A stretch of 64,000 bases of DNA from Gammaproteobacteria bacterium (GTDB lineage: Bacteria > Pseudomonadota > Gammaproteobacteria > Eutrophobiales > Eutrophobiaceae). The translations under genes and the position numbers were made by a program. The notes below the pieces were generated by a model that did no database searches, was not told the DNA's origin, and worked only from the letters and a program-made list of their open reading frames with translations. Position 1 is the first letter of the stretch, and each line of letters starts with the position of its first letter. The DNA is taken from NCBI GenBank assembly GCA_030829985.1, contig JAURNW010000035.1, positions 4,091-68,090 on the forward strand, written 5' to 3'. Shown in pieces: positions 39,072 to 50,301 of the stretch.

Positions 39072-40046
39072 ATGCTGGCTTCATGTATATTTGTCCTGAT
39101 AGGGCTTGCTTTACTTGTTTATGGTGCCGACATGTTTGTCAATGGCGCTTCAAGCATTGCTCGACAACTGGGCATACCGCCATTAATTATTGGTTTAACG
39201 ATTGTCGGCTTCGCTACTTCCGCCCCGGAAATAATTGTGGGTTCTGTCTCTGCTTTTCAAGGTAAGACCGCTATAGCGATTGGTAATGCGCTTGGCTCCA
39301 ACATCACCAATATAGGCCTGGTATTAGGCATTAGCATATTATTACTACCTATTACTGTCGGATCGGGCACGATTAAAAGAGAATACGGGCTGATGTTTGT
39401 CTCCCTCTTGCTCGGCTTGGGATTGATGATAGACGGTAAACTGAGTCGGATTGATGCCACGATATTGCTGATCGCATTAATTGGATCGATTGCCTGGATT
39501 GTATGGATAGCAAAGAAAACGGCTTTGACGGATCCACTAATTGATGAATTTGCACAAGAATTAAACGCGCCGCCTGACCCAACCAGAATAGCTGTCATAA
39601 AACTTATTATAGGCCTCGTACTACTATTGGCAGGCGCAGACTTGCTGGTTCGCGGAGCAGTATTTATCGCCGAATATTATGGCATGTCTGATCTGATTAT
39701 TGGATTGACTATTGTTGCTATTGGTACCAGCTTGCCTGAACTCGCCACATCAATCGCCAGTATTATCAAAAAAGAAGCTGATATAGCGATTGGAAATATT
39801 ATTGGATCAAACATGTTTAACATACTTGCCGTACTCGGCATTCCGGCATTGATTAATCCGGATTCTTTTGCCCCGGAAGTATTAACCCGGGATTATCCTG
39901 TGATGCTAGGCTTGTCTATATTGCTGGGCTTTATGATATTTATTTCACGCAAGGGTAAACTAGTCAGGACTGAAGGTGCCATACTATTGTTCTGCTTTAT
40001 TGGGTATCAGTATGTATTGTTTTCAAACAGTATTTTAACAACATAG
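39072..40046 (+). CDS. yrbG: Ca2+/Na+ antiporter (YrbG family)
   Basis: Two alpha-repeats: TSAPE/GSNI and GTSLPE/GSNM. Confidence 0.9.
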   Translation: MLASCIFVLIGLALLVYGADMFVNGASSIARQLGIPPLIIGLTIVGFATSAPEIIVGSVSAFQGKTAIAIGNALGSNITNIGLVLGISILLLPITVGSGTIKREYGLMFVSLLLGLGLMIDGKLSRIDATILLIALIGSIAWIVWIAKKTALTDPLIDEFAQELNAPPDPTRIAVIKLIIGLVLLLAGADLLVRGAVFIAEYYGMSDLIIGLTIVAIGTSLPELATSIASIIKKEADIAIGNIIGSNMFNILAVLGIPALINPDSFAPEVLTRDYPVMLGLSILLGFMIFISRKGKLVRTEGAILLFCFIGYQYVLFSNSILTT

Positions 40047-40049
40047 ATC

Positions 40050-41030
40050 ATGAACGAAATAAGCCCGGATAAATTAAAAGCACTTGGAAAAGCGGTTATA
40101 GAAACCGAGCAGGCGGCGCTATCTAGCCTGATTGATCGCATTGATGATAAGTTTGTGATGGCTTGCCAAATTCTCCTGCGATGTGAAGGTCGTGTGGTCG
40201 TCATAGGAATGGGGAAGTCCGGTCATATCGGCAATAAAATTGCGGCAACACTAGCTAGCACGGGTACACCCGCTTTCTTTGTTCATCCCGGCGAAGCCAG
40301 TCATGGTGATCTGGGCATGATAACTAATAAGGATGTTGTAATGGTCTTATCCAACTCGGGGGAGACTGACGAGGTAGTCGCATTATTACCGGTAATCAAG
40401 AGACTCAACACGCCATTGATTGCATTAACTGGCAGACCTGATTCAACCTTGGCCAATAGCGCAACGGTAAATATTGATGTGAGTGTCAGTAAAGAAGCCT
40501 GCCCGCTTGGACTAGCTCCTACCGCAAGCACAACCGCGACACTGGCGATGGGGGATGCTATTGCAATCGCTTTATTAGAAGCACGGGGCTTTAGTGAAAA
40601 TGACTTTGCCTTGTCTCACCCCGGAGGCACATTGGGTAGACGCTTATTAATCCATGTCAGCGACATCATGCATACCGAGAATGAAATCCCGAAGGTATCA
40701 GAGAACGCATTATTAAGTGATGCTTTGCTTGAAATGACACATAAAGGCTTGGGTGTAACAACGATTGTTGATGATGAAGGCAGGGTTTTAGGCATTTTCA
40801 CTGATGGTGATTTACGTAGAACCCTGGATTCAAAGATTGATATCAATACCTGCCTCGTAAAAAAGGTTATGACCAAAAATGGCAAACACATACAAGCTAA
40901 TGCGTTAGCCGCCTCGGCACTGGCACTTATGGAAAAACACCGTATCAATGCACTGGTCGTTATTGATGATCAGGGCAAGTTGATTGGTATCCTGAATATG
41001 CATGATCTGTTACGAGCTCGTGTTGTCTAA
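40050..41030 (+). CDS. kdsD: Arabinose-5-phosphate isomerase
   Basis: GMGKSGHIG, HPGEASHGDLG, EACPLGLAPT and a CBS pair. Confidence 0.95.
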   Translation: MNEISPDKLKALGKAVIETEQAALSSLIDRIDDKFVMACQILLRCEGRVVVIGMGKSGHIGNKIAATLASTGTPAFFVHPGEASHGDLGMITNKDVVMVLSNSGETDEVVALLPVIKRLNTPLIALTGRPDSTLANSATVNIDVSVSKEACPLGLAPTASTTATLAMGDAIAIALLEARGFSENDFALSHPGGTLGRRLLIHVSDIMHTENEIPKVSENALLSDALLEMTHKGLGVTTIVDDEGRVLGIFTDGDLRRTLDSKIDINTCLVKKVMTKNGKHIQANALAASALALMEKHRINALVVIDDQGKLIGILNMHDLLRARVV

Positions 41031-41048
41031 AACACATATATAAATTTT

Positions 41049-41582
41049 ATGAATAAGAAATCGATTATGGAAAAAGCCACAAACATCAAACTAGCTGTAT
41101 TTGATGTCGATGGTGTTTTAACTGATGGTAAGTTGATCCTTGGTGAAAGCGGCAACGAGTATAAATCTTTTCATGTGCGAGATGGGCATGGACTGGTCAT
41201 GCTACTGGAGTCTGGTTGCAAGATCGCCGTTATCACAGCACGGTCTTCAAAGATAGTTGCGGAACGAATGGCTGCTCTCGGCATCGAATATGTCTATCAA
41301 GGTGAAAAAGATAAAGGGGCGCGCCTGTTAAAACTGATAGAAGACCTTGGTCTTCAGCGCGATCAAGTCGCTTATACAGGAGATGATGTGATTGATTTGC
41401 CCGCAATGGTTCATGTCGGCCTGCCTATTGCTGTAGCTGATGCCCATGTTGAAGTCAAAAACTATGCATTATGGACTACTGAAAATCTAGGTGGACAGGG
41501 CGCTGTCAGGGAAGTATGCGAATTAATTATGCAAGCACAGGGAAAATATGAAGCACGTATCAAGGCATACCTTTCTCTTTGA
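41049..41582 (+). CDS. kdsC: KDO-8-phosphate phosphatase
   Basis: FDVDGVLTDG, GDDVID and GAVREVC. Confidence 0.95.
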   Translation: MNKKSIMEKATNIKLAVFDVDGVLTDGKLILGESGNEYKSFHVRDGHGLVMLLESGCKIAVITARSSKIVAERMAALGIEYVYQGEKDKGARLLKLIEDLGLQRDQVAYTGDDVIDLPAMVHVGLPIAVADAHVEVKNYALWTTENLGGQGAVREVCELIMQAQGKYEARIKAYLSL

Positions 41583-41596
41583 GCTATTAAGTTTTA

Positions 41597-42169
41597 ATGT
41601 TTAATGAAAGATGGAAACTGGCGCTAATCCTGATCATAGTAGCAGGCTTCAGTTATTGGGCGCTGGAAAAACTGACTGAGGACAGCGCAACAAAGCTAAG
41701 CAAGCTTGCGCATTATCCGGATTATTACATGGAAAATTTCACAACCCTCACCATGAATCAGGATGGCACACCAAAGAACCGGCTTAATGCGCGATATATG
41801 GCACATTATCCCGATGACAATACGAGCGAGCTGCACAACCCCGAACTGGAAATATTTCGTTTGGATAAACCGCCCATTATGGTTAATGCAGATAGAGGGT
41901 GGGTCACGTCAAATAATGACGTTATTCTGTTAAGCGGCAATGTATATCTACATCAATACGATGAATTCGGTCAGTTAAAAATAGAATTAATAGCGGAAGA
42001 TGCGCGAGTACTGGTTGACCAAAAATATGCAGAAACTGATAAACCTGCTACTTTGATTACAAAACGTTCGGTTACTAATTCAATTGGTATGCGTGCTTAC
42101 TTACAAGAACAGCGAATGGAGTTTCTCAATAATGTACAAACGACAATTGAACCAAGACAAAAGCCCTAG
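41597..42169 (+). CDS. lptC: LPS export protein LptC
   Basis: N-terminal TM and PDYYMENF; lies between kdsC and lptA. Confidence 0.9.
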   Translation: MFNERWKLALILIIVAGFSYWALEKLTEDSATKLSKLAHYPDYYMENFTTLTMNQDGTPKNRLNARYMAHYPDDNTSELHNPELEIFRLDKPPIMVNADRGWVTSNNDVILLSGNVYLHQYDEFGQLKIELIAEDARVLVDQKYAETDKPATLITKRSVTNSIGMRAYLQEQRMEFLNNVQTTIEPRQKP

Positions 42170-42689
42170 ATTACTATTGGCAATAACTTTAGCGTCAATG
42201 ATGAATTGTACGTTCGCGTTATCAACCGATAAACAACAGGATATCGAGATTGAAGCCGACTCGGCCGAGATGGACGACATCAAGGGCATTACTATCTATA
42301 GAGGAGATGTTGTCGTTGTTCAAGGCAGTATTCGCATGACCGGACACACCATGACCGTATACAATGACAATAACGGTGAAACAGAACTCGTCATTATGCA
42401 GGGAAAACCGGCTACCTATAAACAACTGCCTGACGATAGCAAAATATATGATGAAGCCGAGGCATTACAAATGGAGTATTATGCTCTGAAGGACTATGTC
42501 ATTTTGATTGATAATGCGTTGGTCACCCAGGAAGGTCTGCGTTTTAGTGGTAGTCGTATTGAATATGATACGGTTCTGAGCCAGGTCAAGGCTAAAGGCT
42601 CAACAAAAACAAGCAAGGCCGCGGGAGAGGACACTAAGAAAAAAAGCGATGGTCGTGTAAAAATAACAATTAAAAAGAAAGAAGAGTAA
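42132..42689 (+). CDS. lptA: LPS periplasmic transport protein LptA
   Basis: ALSTDKQQDIEIEAD, GDVVVVQG and GRVKITI. Start uncertain. Confidence 0.9.
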   Translation: MYKRQLNQDKSPRLLLAITLASMMNCTFALSTDKQQDIEIEADSAEMDDIKGITIYRGDVVVVQGSIRMTGHTMTVYNDNNGETELVIMQGKPATYKQLPDDSKIYDEAEALQMEYYALKDYVILIDNALVTQEGLRFSGSRIEYDTVLSQVKAKGSTKTSKAAGEDTKKKSDGRVKITIKKKEE

Positions 42690-42806
42690 TAACAATTATG
42701 AAACAGGAACACTTGCATTCAATAAATCTTAATGCGCACTGCGAATAATACTCTTAGATGTAATTAAAATTGTCTGATTAGTTAATATCTTCCTAAGCAT
42801 ACTGCT

Positions 42807-43532
42807 ATGAGTATTTTATCCGTGCGTCATTTATCAAAATCGTATCGATCCAGAAAGGTCGTAACGGATGTCAGTCTGTCTGTACAAAGCGGTGAAACAA
42901 TTGGTTTGCTAGGACCCAATGGTGCAGGCAAGACAACCAGCTTTTATATGATAGTTGGCCTGGTGCCATCAGACAGTGGCACGATACACCTTGATAATAA
43001 AGAAATAAGTAGATTGAGTATGGATGAACGTTCACACCTTGGTCTCGGTTACTTGCCTCAAGAAGCATCAGTGTTCAGAAAATTAACGGTCGAAGATAAT
43101 ATTATGGCAATACTTGAAACGCGCATGCCGAATGACCAGCAAAAGGCAAAACAGCGACTTGAGCTTCTGTTGCAAGAGTTTCACATTGCCCATCTCCGGT
43201 ATAATTTAGGCATGAGTTTGTCCGGGGGAGAGCGTAGACGCCTTGAGATAGCCAGAGCACTTGCCTCAGAACCCCGTTTTTTGTTACTTGACGAACCATT
43301 TGCAGGCATTGATCCTATCTCAATCAATGATATACAGCGTTTAATCCATCGGCTTTGCGATCACGGGATTGGCATAATTATCACGGATCATAATGTTCGT
43401 GAAACACTGGGTACCTGTGATCGAGCTTATATTGTCAATGACGGCAAGATCCTGGCCGAAGGATCACCGGAAGAAATACTAAATAACGAACAAGTAAGGG
43501 ATGTCTATCTGGGGGAACAGTTTTCATTATAG
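42807..43532 (+). CDS. lptB: LPS export ABC ATPase
   Basis: [27 protein letters not shown] and TDHNVRETL. Confidence 0.96.
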   Translation: MSILSVRHLSKSYRSRKVVTDVSLSVQSGETIGLLGPNGAGKTTSFYMIVGLVPSDSGTIHLDNKEISRLSMDERSHLGLGYLPQEASVFRKLTVEDNIMAILETRMPNDQQKAKQRLELLLQEFHIAHLRYNLGMSLSGGERRRLEIARALASEPRFLLLDEPFAGIDPISINDIQRLIHRLCDHGIGIIITDHNVRETLGTCDRAYIVNDGKILAEGSPEEILNNEQVRDVYLGEQFSL

Positions 43533-43589
43533 GTTTTTGAATGTTTGTATTAATTCAAACCGACAGGATTTAAGTTAAACTTATTATAT

Positions 43590-45059
43590 ATGAAGCAATC
43601 TTTACAATTAAAAATTGGCCAAAGCCTGACGATGACCCCGCAATTACAGCAGGCAATTCGTCTGCTGCAATTATCCAGCATAGAACTCCAGGCGGAAGTT
43701 CAAGAGGCACTTGAATCCAATATGATGTTGGAAATGGATGACGGCGATAGCGAGCAAAAATCTTCAGAAGAAAATTCAAACAGAGAGCCAGAGGGAAAGA
43801 AAGAAGCAGACTCAACTGACAAGGTAACTGACTTAAACCAGGATACTATGCCAGATGAACTCGCGGTAGACAGTGGCTGGGATGATATTTATGACAGCGT
43901 GCCTAATTACGCAAAATCGAATACCGATAAAAACAGCTATGATGGTTTTGAAAATCAGGACTCAAGTAAAAACACACTGCGCGAACATCTTGAGTGGCAG
44001 CTGAACCTTGCACAAATAAACGATAGCGATAAAGTAATCGCAATGACCATTATCGACTCACTGGATGATGATGGTTATTTAATGGGTGCACTGGAAGAAA
44101 TCCTGGCAGCAGTCGAAGAAGACCTTGAAGATGTTGGAATTGAAGAGGTTGAAGCTGTCCTGAGAATGATACAGTCAATGGGCCCGGCAGGTGTAGGGGC
44201 CAGAGACATACAAGAATGTCTTTGTTTACAGCTAAAACAATGTAATGTAGACACGTTTCGACTGGAAGAAGCAAAAGTACTGATTGATAATTATCTGGAT
44301 TTACTGGCGGCACATGATTACAACCAGTTAATGCGCAAGATGAAACTGGATCAGGAAGAACTGACGGAAGTCGTAAAATTAATTCAGTCAATGAACCCTC
44401 GACCCGGCAATGAAATTAGCGACGCCTACACTGAATACGTAATTCCGGATGTCTATGTCAAAAAAGTAAAGGGTGTCTGGAAGGTTGAGCTGAATACCGA
44501 TGGAATTCCGAATCTAAAAATAAATTCAACTTATGCCAACATGATTCGGCGCGCAGACAACAGTGATGACAATACTTCTCTTAAAACGCATCTACAAGAA
44601 GCGCGCTGGTTTATTAAAAGCATACGCAGTCGCAGTGAAACACTATTACGCGTGACCACGTGCATAGTAGAACGACAAAGAGCATTCCTGGAGCATGGTG
44701 ATGAGGCTATGAAGCCATTGGTGTTACATGATGTTGCTGAAACACTAGGCATGCATGAATCTACTATTTCCAGAGTGACAACGCGTAAATATATGCACAC
44801 ACCTCGTGGAATCTTCGAGCTAAAATATTTCTTTTCCAGTCATGTCGGCACCAATTATGGTGGCGTCTGTTCATCCACAGCAATACGCGCACTCATTAAA
44901 AAATTAATAAGTGCTGAAACACCAAATAAACCACTTAGTGATAGTAAATTAGCAGCAATACTGGAAGATCAGGGAATTAATGTTGCCAGAAGAACTGTTG
45001 CAAAATACAGAGAAGCGATGGCAATACCACCATCAAATGAACGTAAACGGCTTTCTTGA
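43590..45059 (+). CDS. rpoN: RNA polymerase sigma-54 factor
   Basis: [23 protein letters not shown] and RpoN box [10 protein letters not shown]. Confidence 0.97.
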   Translation: MKQSLQLKIGQSLTMTPQLQQAIRLLQLSSIELQAEVQEALESNMMLEMDDGDSEQKSSEENSNREPEGKKEADSTDKVTDLNQDTMPDELAVDSGWDDIYDSVPNYAKSNTDKNSYDGFENQDSSKNTLREHLEWQLNLAQINDSDKVIAMTIIDSLDDDGYLMGALEEILAAVEEDLEDVGIEEVEAVLRMIQSMGPAGVGARDIQECLCLQLKQCNVDTFRLEEAKVLIDNYLDLLAAHDYNQLMRKMKLDQEELTEVVKLIQSMNPRPGNEISDAYTEYVIPDVYVKKVKGVWKVELNTDGIPNLKINSTYANMIRRADNSDDNTSLKTHLQEARWFIKSIRSRSETLLRVTTCIVERQRAFLEHGDEAMKPLVLHDVAETLGMHESTISRVTTRKYMHTPRGIFELKYFFSSHVGTNYGGVCSSTAIRALIKKLISAETPNKPLSDSKLAAILEDQGINVARRTVAKYREAMAIPPSNERKRLS

Positions 45060-45087
45060 TAATAATAATTTTTGACAGGAGTAAATT

Positions 45088-45414
45088 ATGCTAATTAATG
45101 TAACAGGCCATCATATTGACATAACCAGCTCATTAAAATCATATGTTGAAACAAAATTCGAACGACTTGAAAGACACTTCGAACATATTACAAACATCCA
45201 TGTCATATTGAGCGTGGAAAAAGAGCGACAAAAAGCAGAAGCAACCGTACACGTCAATCGTGGAAATTTATTTGCTAATGATGAGCAGTCCGATATGTAT
45301 GCTGCCATAGATGGCCTGACTGACAAACTTGATCGACAATTAAAAAAACACAAGGAAAAGTTAACGGATCATCACCGGGAACAAGGCGGACTTAAAGATC
45401 AAGAGATTGAATAG
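45088..45414 (+). CDS. hpf: Ribosome hibernation promoting factor
   Basis: TGHHIDIT and DMYAAID..DKLDRQL. Confidence 0.94.
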   Translation: MLINVTGHHIDITSSLKSYVETKFERLERHFEHITNIHVILSVEKERQKAEATVHVNRGNLFANDEQSDMYAAIDGLTDKLDRQLKKHKEKLTDHHREQGGLKDQEIE

Positions 45415-45454
45415 TCTCATATCCTTTTAATTATTTATCAAAAAATATAATAGT

Positions 45455-45901
45455 ATGAATATCTCAGATATTTTATTGCCGGAATGCATCCTCCTCGATA
45501 TGGACTGTCATAGTAAAAAAGATGCTTTGGACACCTTGGCTAAAACCATTGCTGATTCAGATAGTGAGACATCTCAAACAGAAGTGTTTGATTGTTTATG
45601 TGCACGAGAAAGGTTGGGCAGTACCGGTCTTGGCAATGGCATCGCGATTCCTCATGGACGACTAAAAAATAGCAAAAAAACAATTGCTGCGTTTTTACAG
45701 CTTGATGATGCAATAGATTATGACGCAGTTGATAAAGCGCCTGTTGATTTGCTTTTTGCATTGATCGTGCCGGAAGATTCAACTGAAGAACATCTGCAAA
45801 CGCTGGCATCATTAGCCGAAACGTTTAGTAATCCTGAGATTGTCAGCAAACTAAGACAGTCTGGATCTTCGGCGGAAGTGTTTTCATTATTAACAGGCTG
45901 A
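45455..45901 (+). CDS. ptsN: PTS IIA(Ntr)
   Basis: RERLGSTGLGNGIAIPHGR. Confidence 0.94.
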   Translation: MNISDILLPECILLDMDCHSKKDALDTLAKTIADSDSETSQTEVFDCLCARERLGSTGLGNGIAIPHGRLKNSKKTIAAFLQLDDAIDYDAVDKAPVDLLFALIVPEDSTEEHLQTLASLAETFSNPEIVSKLRQSGSSAEVFSLLTG

Positions 45902-45905
45902 CAAT

Positions 45906-46928
45906 ATGCCAGGACTCACAGACCAATTAAGCATAGAAGATCTCTATAATATACATCATGATAAATTAGAGCTTGAATGGGTAGCGGGTCAACAGGGAGC
46001 CAAACATGCGATCATTCGCGATGAAGACTCTGCTTCTACAGTCAAAAAAACAATAAAGAAGCCCGGCAAGAAAAAGCAACCCGGCAAAGCAGAAACGTCT
46101 CGTAGTTTGTCACTGGTCGGCCATTTGAATTTGATTCACCCGCATCAGATTCAGATTATCGGTAATATTGAAATCAAATATCTTGAAAGCTTGAGAGATA
46201 TTTCCATGCAAGATGCGGTAGTACAGATATTTCGTAGTCAGCCGGCATGCGTCATCATTGCAGACGGATGCGAAGTACCCACCTTGATCAAGCGTAAAAG
46301 CAACGAACACAGCATTCCATTATTTTCTACGCCGATAAACAGCGGCAAACTTTCGGATGTTCTGCATTATTTTCTAAGTAATTTATTTGCGGACATGCTT
46401 ACCCTGCACGGCGTATATATGGAAGTCATGGCTATTGGCGTTTTGATAACCGGTCCCAGCGGCATTGGTAAAAGCGAGTTGGCTCTCGAGCTGATTTCAC
46501 GAGGACATCGATTGATTGCAGATGATGCGCCTTTGTTTTCCAGGATAGCACCGGATATTATCGATGGAACATGCCCTGAGACATTACAGGATTTTCTCGA
46601 AGTCAGAGGGCTGGGAATTATTAATGTACGGGAATTATTTGGTGACAGTGCTATCAAGAAAAACAAATACCTCAAGTTGATAGTGCAATTACAGCCCATG
46701 GACACAAAAAATTTATTATCGCTGGATAGACTTGAAGGGAGTTATAACACGCGTAGTATTCTAGATATGGAAATTCCAGAGATAACCTTGCCCGTTGCAC
46801 CGGGTCGTAATCTGGCAATCATGATGGAGTGTGCTGCTCGAAACCATATATTACGAGTTAGTGGCTATGATGCTGCAGAAACATTTGCAAAAAGACAAGC
46901 AAGGTTAATAGAGTCGGGCGGAAAATAA
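45906..46928 (+). CDS. hprK: HPr(Ser) kinase/phosphorylase
   Basis: LHGV, GPSGIGKSELAL, LIADD, LEVRGLG and PVAPGRN. Confidence 0.95.
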   Translation: MPGLTDQLSIEDLYNIHHDKLELEWVAGQQGAKHAIIRDEDSASTVKKTIKKPGKKKQPGKAETSRSLSLVGHLNLIHPHQIQIIGNIEIKYLESLRDISMQDAVVQIFRSQPACVIIADGCEVPTLIKRKSNEHSIPLFSTPINSGKLSDVLHYFLSNLFADMLTLHGVYMEVMAIGVLITGPSGIGKSELALELISRGHRLIADDAPLFSRIAPDIIDGTCPETLQDFLEVRGLGIINVRELFGDSAIKKNKYLKLIVQLQPMDTKNLLSLDRLEGSYNTRSILDMEIPEITLPVAPGRNLAIMMECAARNHILRVSGYDAAETFAKRQARLIESGGK

Positions 46929-47798
46929 ATGAACGCAAAAGATCGTCGGCTTATCATTGTTAGCGGTTTATCTGGAGCAGGCAAAACAGTTGTACTGAAT
47001 ACACTTGAAGATCTCTCTTATTATACCATCGACAACCTCCCAATTAGCTTGCTTGATGAATTAATCAGCCAGTTTTCAAAAGCTGATAGCAATCTGGCTC
47101 ATCTGGTTGCCATAGGGATTGATGCGCGCAATAACAAGGATGATCTTGCCTGCTTACCGGCACGCGTTAAATTATTGTCAGAACAAGAGCTATCAACTGA
47201 GCTTATATATATCGATGCTAGCGATGAAACTCTGACAAAACGATTTAGTGAAACACGTCGTAAACATCCGCTATCTTCAGATTCAGTTTCTTTGCTTGAT
47301 GCTATCCATCAAGAACGCGAATCAACAATGGAAATAGCGCAGGCTGCAGACCTAAGGGTTGATACCAGCCATATGCAGTTAAGTGAACTGCGCAATATTG
47401 TTCGTGAACGAATTGCGCATAGAAATCAGACTGACCTGTCTTTACAGTTTATTTCTTTTGGATATAAAAATGGTATCCCCAGAGATTCTGATTTCGTCTT
47501 TGATCTTCGATGCTTGCCAAATCCTTATTGGAAAAAACACCTGCGGCAATATTCAGGGAGAGATGAACCTGTCATACAATTTTTATCAAAGCAAAATAAT
47601 GTTAAAGAGATGTTAAATGACCTTGAGCACTTCCTCGAACGTTGGATACCTGAATTTGAAGCGGACAATCGCAGTTACTTAAGTATTGCCTTCGGTTGCA
47701 CAGGAGGCCACCATCGCTCTGTATTTGTAGCGGAACAACTGGCGAAAAAATTTATAGCCCAGGGGAAAAAAGTCATTATGAGGCATCGGGATTTATAA
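46929..47798 (+). CDS. rapZ: RNase adapter RapZ/YvcJ family
   Basis: SGLSGAGK, IDNLP, ETRRKHPL and GCTGGHHRSV. Confidence 0.94.
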   Translation: MNAKDRRLIIVSGLSGAGKTVVLNTLEDLSYYTIDNLPISLLDELISQFSKADSNLAHLVAIGIDARNNKDDLACLPARVKLLSEQELSTELIYIDASDETLTKRFSETRRKHPLSSDSVSLLDAIHQERESTMEIAQAADLRVDTSHMQLSELRNIVRERIAHRNQTDLSLQFISFGYKNGIPRDSDFVFDLRCLPNPYWKKHLRQYSGRDEPVIQFLSKQNNVKEMLNDLEHFLERWIPEFEADNRSYLSIAFGCTGGHHRSVFVAEQLAKKFIAQGKKVIMRHRDL

Positions 47799-47800
47799 TT

Positions 47801-48208
47801 ATGAGCGTAGGACTATTAATAATTTCGCATAATGGAATTGGCGCAGCTTTGTTCGGGACAGCTAACTATATGATTCCGGACACACCATTAAACGTAAAAC
47901 TATTATCGGCTAACCGCGAAAGCGATCCTGATGAACTATTCGAATCAGCAACACTATTAGTAGAAGAGCTTGATGATGGAGATGGTGTATTAGTGTTAAC
48001 AGATTTGTATGGCTCAACTCCGAGCAACATAGCACACCGTTTACGTGGTCAGACTAAAATCAATATTGTAACCGGCCTGAACCTGTCCATGTTGATCCGT
48101 ATCCTGAATTATCCAAATCTCGGTCTCACTGATATGACGGATAAAGCATACAGCGGTGGGATGGATGGCATCACAATCGATCAAGGAAATATCGCAAATG
48201 AATCATAA
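47801..48208 (+). CDS. PTS IIA mannose-family protein
   Basis: LLIISH, LTDLYGSTPSN and GLNLSML. Start at ATG 47801. Confidence 0.9.
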   Translation: MSVGLLIISHNGIGAALFGTANYMIPDTPLNVKLLSANRESDPDELFESATLLVEELDDGDGVLVLTDLYGSTPSNIAHRLRGQTKINIVTGLNLSMLIRILNYPNLGLTDMTDKAYSGGMDGITIDQGNIANES

Positions 48209-48467
48209 AAAAATCACCATAATAAACAAACTGGGATTACACGCTCGAGCAGCAGCTAAATTTGTTCAAGAGGCAGCTCGCTTTAATGCTGAGATCAATA
48301 TCAATTCAGGTCATCGCGAAGTTAGCGGCAAAAGTATTATGGGAATTATGATGCTGGCAGCCGGGAAGGGAACAGAGATTGAAATCAAGACGGTTGGCCC
48401 GGACGAAAATGAAGCCATGGCAGCATTAGAAACTTTGATTAACGATAAGTTTGGCGAGGACGAATGA
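48198..48467 (+). CDS. ptsH: Phosphocarrier HPr/NPr
   Basis: GLHARAA (His15) and GKSIMG (Ser46). Confidence 0.92.
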   Translation: MNHKKITIINKLGLHARAAAKFVQEAARFNAEININSGHREVSGKSIMGIMMLAAGKGTEIEIKTVGPDENEAMAALETLINDKFGEDE

Positions 48468-50212
48468 CCATATCGCTTCAGGGTGTCAGTGTTTCTCGTG
48501 GTGTCGCAATAGGACAGGTTCATATTGTTCAACGTGACCAGCTTGATGTGCATGAATATAAAATCCGCAAGACGCAACTCGATGATGAAATATTACGTTT
48601 TAATGATGCAATAGCCCTTTCCCGCCAACAGTTGCGCGCTATTCGCGATCATATTCCTGTCTCAACTTCCGTCGATATATCTGCATTTCTGGATACACAC
48701 TTATTGATGCTGGAAGACGTTACATTGGCTGAAGAACCAAAAAGAATTATTAAAGAGCGCTTATGTAATGCTGAATGGGCACTTAAATTACAGCGTGATG
48801 CATTAGTTAATGTATTTAATGAAATGGCTGACTCCTATCTCAGCACAAGACGTGATGATGTTGATCATGTCGTTAATAGAATCTTGCGTGTTTTATTAAA
48901 CCAAAAACCTTTGCTGCATGAAGTCCCGAATAACAATATAAAAAACAGAATAATAATCGCGGATGACTTAACGCCATCGGACACGGTATTAATGCAACAT
49001 TATGGTATCGCTGCCTTCGCAACAGAGTATGGTGGCCCTACGTCACACACCGCTATTCTCGCACGAAGTCTGGGTATTCCCGCGATCATTGGATTACATA
49101 ACGCACACCGTTTTATTAAGAATGATGACATGGTCATCGTAGATGGCAGCACTGGTGTCGTACTGGTTGACCCCGACAGATCAACAAAAAGTTACTATGA
49201 AAAAAGTCAGCGCGATGAAAAACGGTACTATGTATCTTTAGGCAAACTCAAGAACGCGCCAACACAATCTAAAGATGGAATATCTATAATGCTTATGGCG
49301 AATATTGAGTTACCTAAGGATTTTGAATCTGTCAGAGATGTAGGTGCAAAAGGTGTAGGACTATATCGAACTGAATTCCTTTATATGAATCGCGAAACAC
49401 CGCCGGATGAAGAAGAACATTACGAAACATATTTAAATGTACTTAAAGCATTACGTGGATTACCGTTGACTATACGTACTCTGGATCTCGGTGCAGATAA
49501 ACAGGTCGATGGGGCAGGTAATCAAACAGGACATGTTCGGTCAAATCCAGCTCTGGGTCTGCGCGCAATACGTTTATGTCTGAAAGAACCTGAGCTGTTC
49601 CGACCGCAATTACGGGCGATGTTAAGAGCTTCCGCACATGGACCAGTAAGGATAATGATCCCAATGCTGACGAATATCCAGGAAATGCAACAGGTCTTGC
49701 AAATGATCGATGATCTAAAAAAAGAGCTTGATAACCAATTAATTAAATATGATACGGATATAAAAATTGGTGGCATGATTGAAGTCCCGGCAGCTGCAAT
49801 ATGCGCAGACATTTTTGCCAAAAAACTGGACTTTTTATCTATCGGAACTAATGATCTTATTCAATACACCATGGCCATTGATCGTGTGAACGACGAGGTT
49901 AACTACCTGTATGATCCTTTACATCCAGCGGTATTGAGATTAATAAAAACTACGATTGACGCCGGTAAAAAAGCCGGCATACCGGTATCGATGTGCGGTG
50001 AAATGGCGGGCGAAAAAGAACACACTCAATTACTGCTTGGTTTAGGTTTAAGAGAATTCAGTGTGCATACCTCGGCATTACTGGAAGTTAAAAAGATTAT
50101 AAATAATACTGATATCAGCGAACTTAAAACTCTGACAAAAAAAGTCCTCAATGCTGCAACTGGCGCAGAAATAAACCTGTTGCTGCAACAACTAGCAACT
50201 GAAACTGCGTAA
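48464..50212 (+). CDS. ptsI: PTS enzyme I, no GAF domain
   Basis: TSHTAILAR, GLYRTEF, NPALGLRAIR, SIGTNDL and MCGEMA. Confidence 0.93.
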   Translation: MTISLQGVSVSRGVAIGQVHIVQRDQLDVHEYKIRKTQLDDEILRFNDAIALSRQQLRAIRDHIPVSTSVDISAFLDTHLLMLEDVTLAEEPKRIIKERLCNAEWALKLQRDALVNVFNEMADSYLSTRRDDVDHVVNRILRVLLNQKPLLHEVPNNNIKNRIIIADDLTPSDTVLMQHYGIAAFATEYGGPTSHTAILARSLGIPAIIGLHNAHRFIKNDDMVIVDGSTGVVLVDPDRSTKSYYEKSQRDEKRYYVSLGKLKNAPTQSKDGISIMLMANIELPKDFESVRDVGAKGVGLYRTEFLYMNRETPPDEEEHYETYLNVLKALRGLPLTIRTLDLGADKQVDGAGNQTGHVRSNPALGLRAIRLCLKEPELFRPQLRAMLRASAHGPVRIMIPMLTNIQEMQQVLQMIDDLKKELDNQLIKYDTDIKIGGMIEVPAAAICADIFAKKLDFLSIGTNDLIQYTMAIDRVNDEVNYLYDPLHPAVLRLIKTTIDAGKKAGIPVSMCGEMAGEKEHTQLLLGLGLREFSVHTSALLEVKKIINNTDISELKTLTKKVLNAATGAEINLLLQQLATETA

Positions 50213-50301
50213 CAAGCTTTTCATATATTTGTAATACACATGTTTAGCATTGCGATGCTAGCACTGATAGACTCTTCTCTATAATACTCCTGGCCATAAT
50301 T

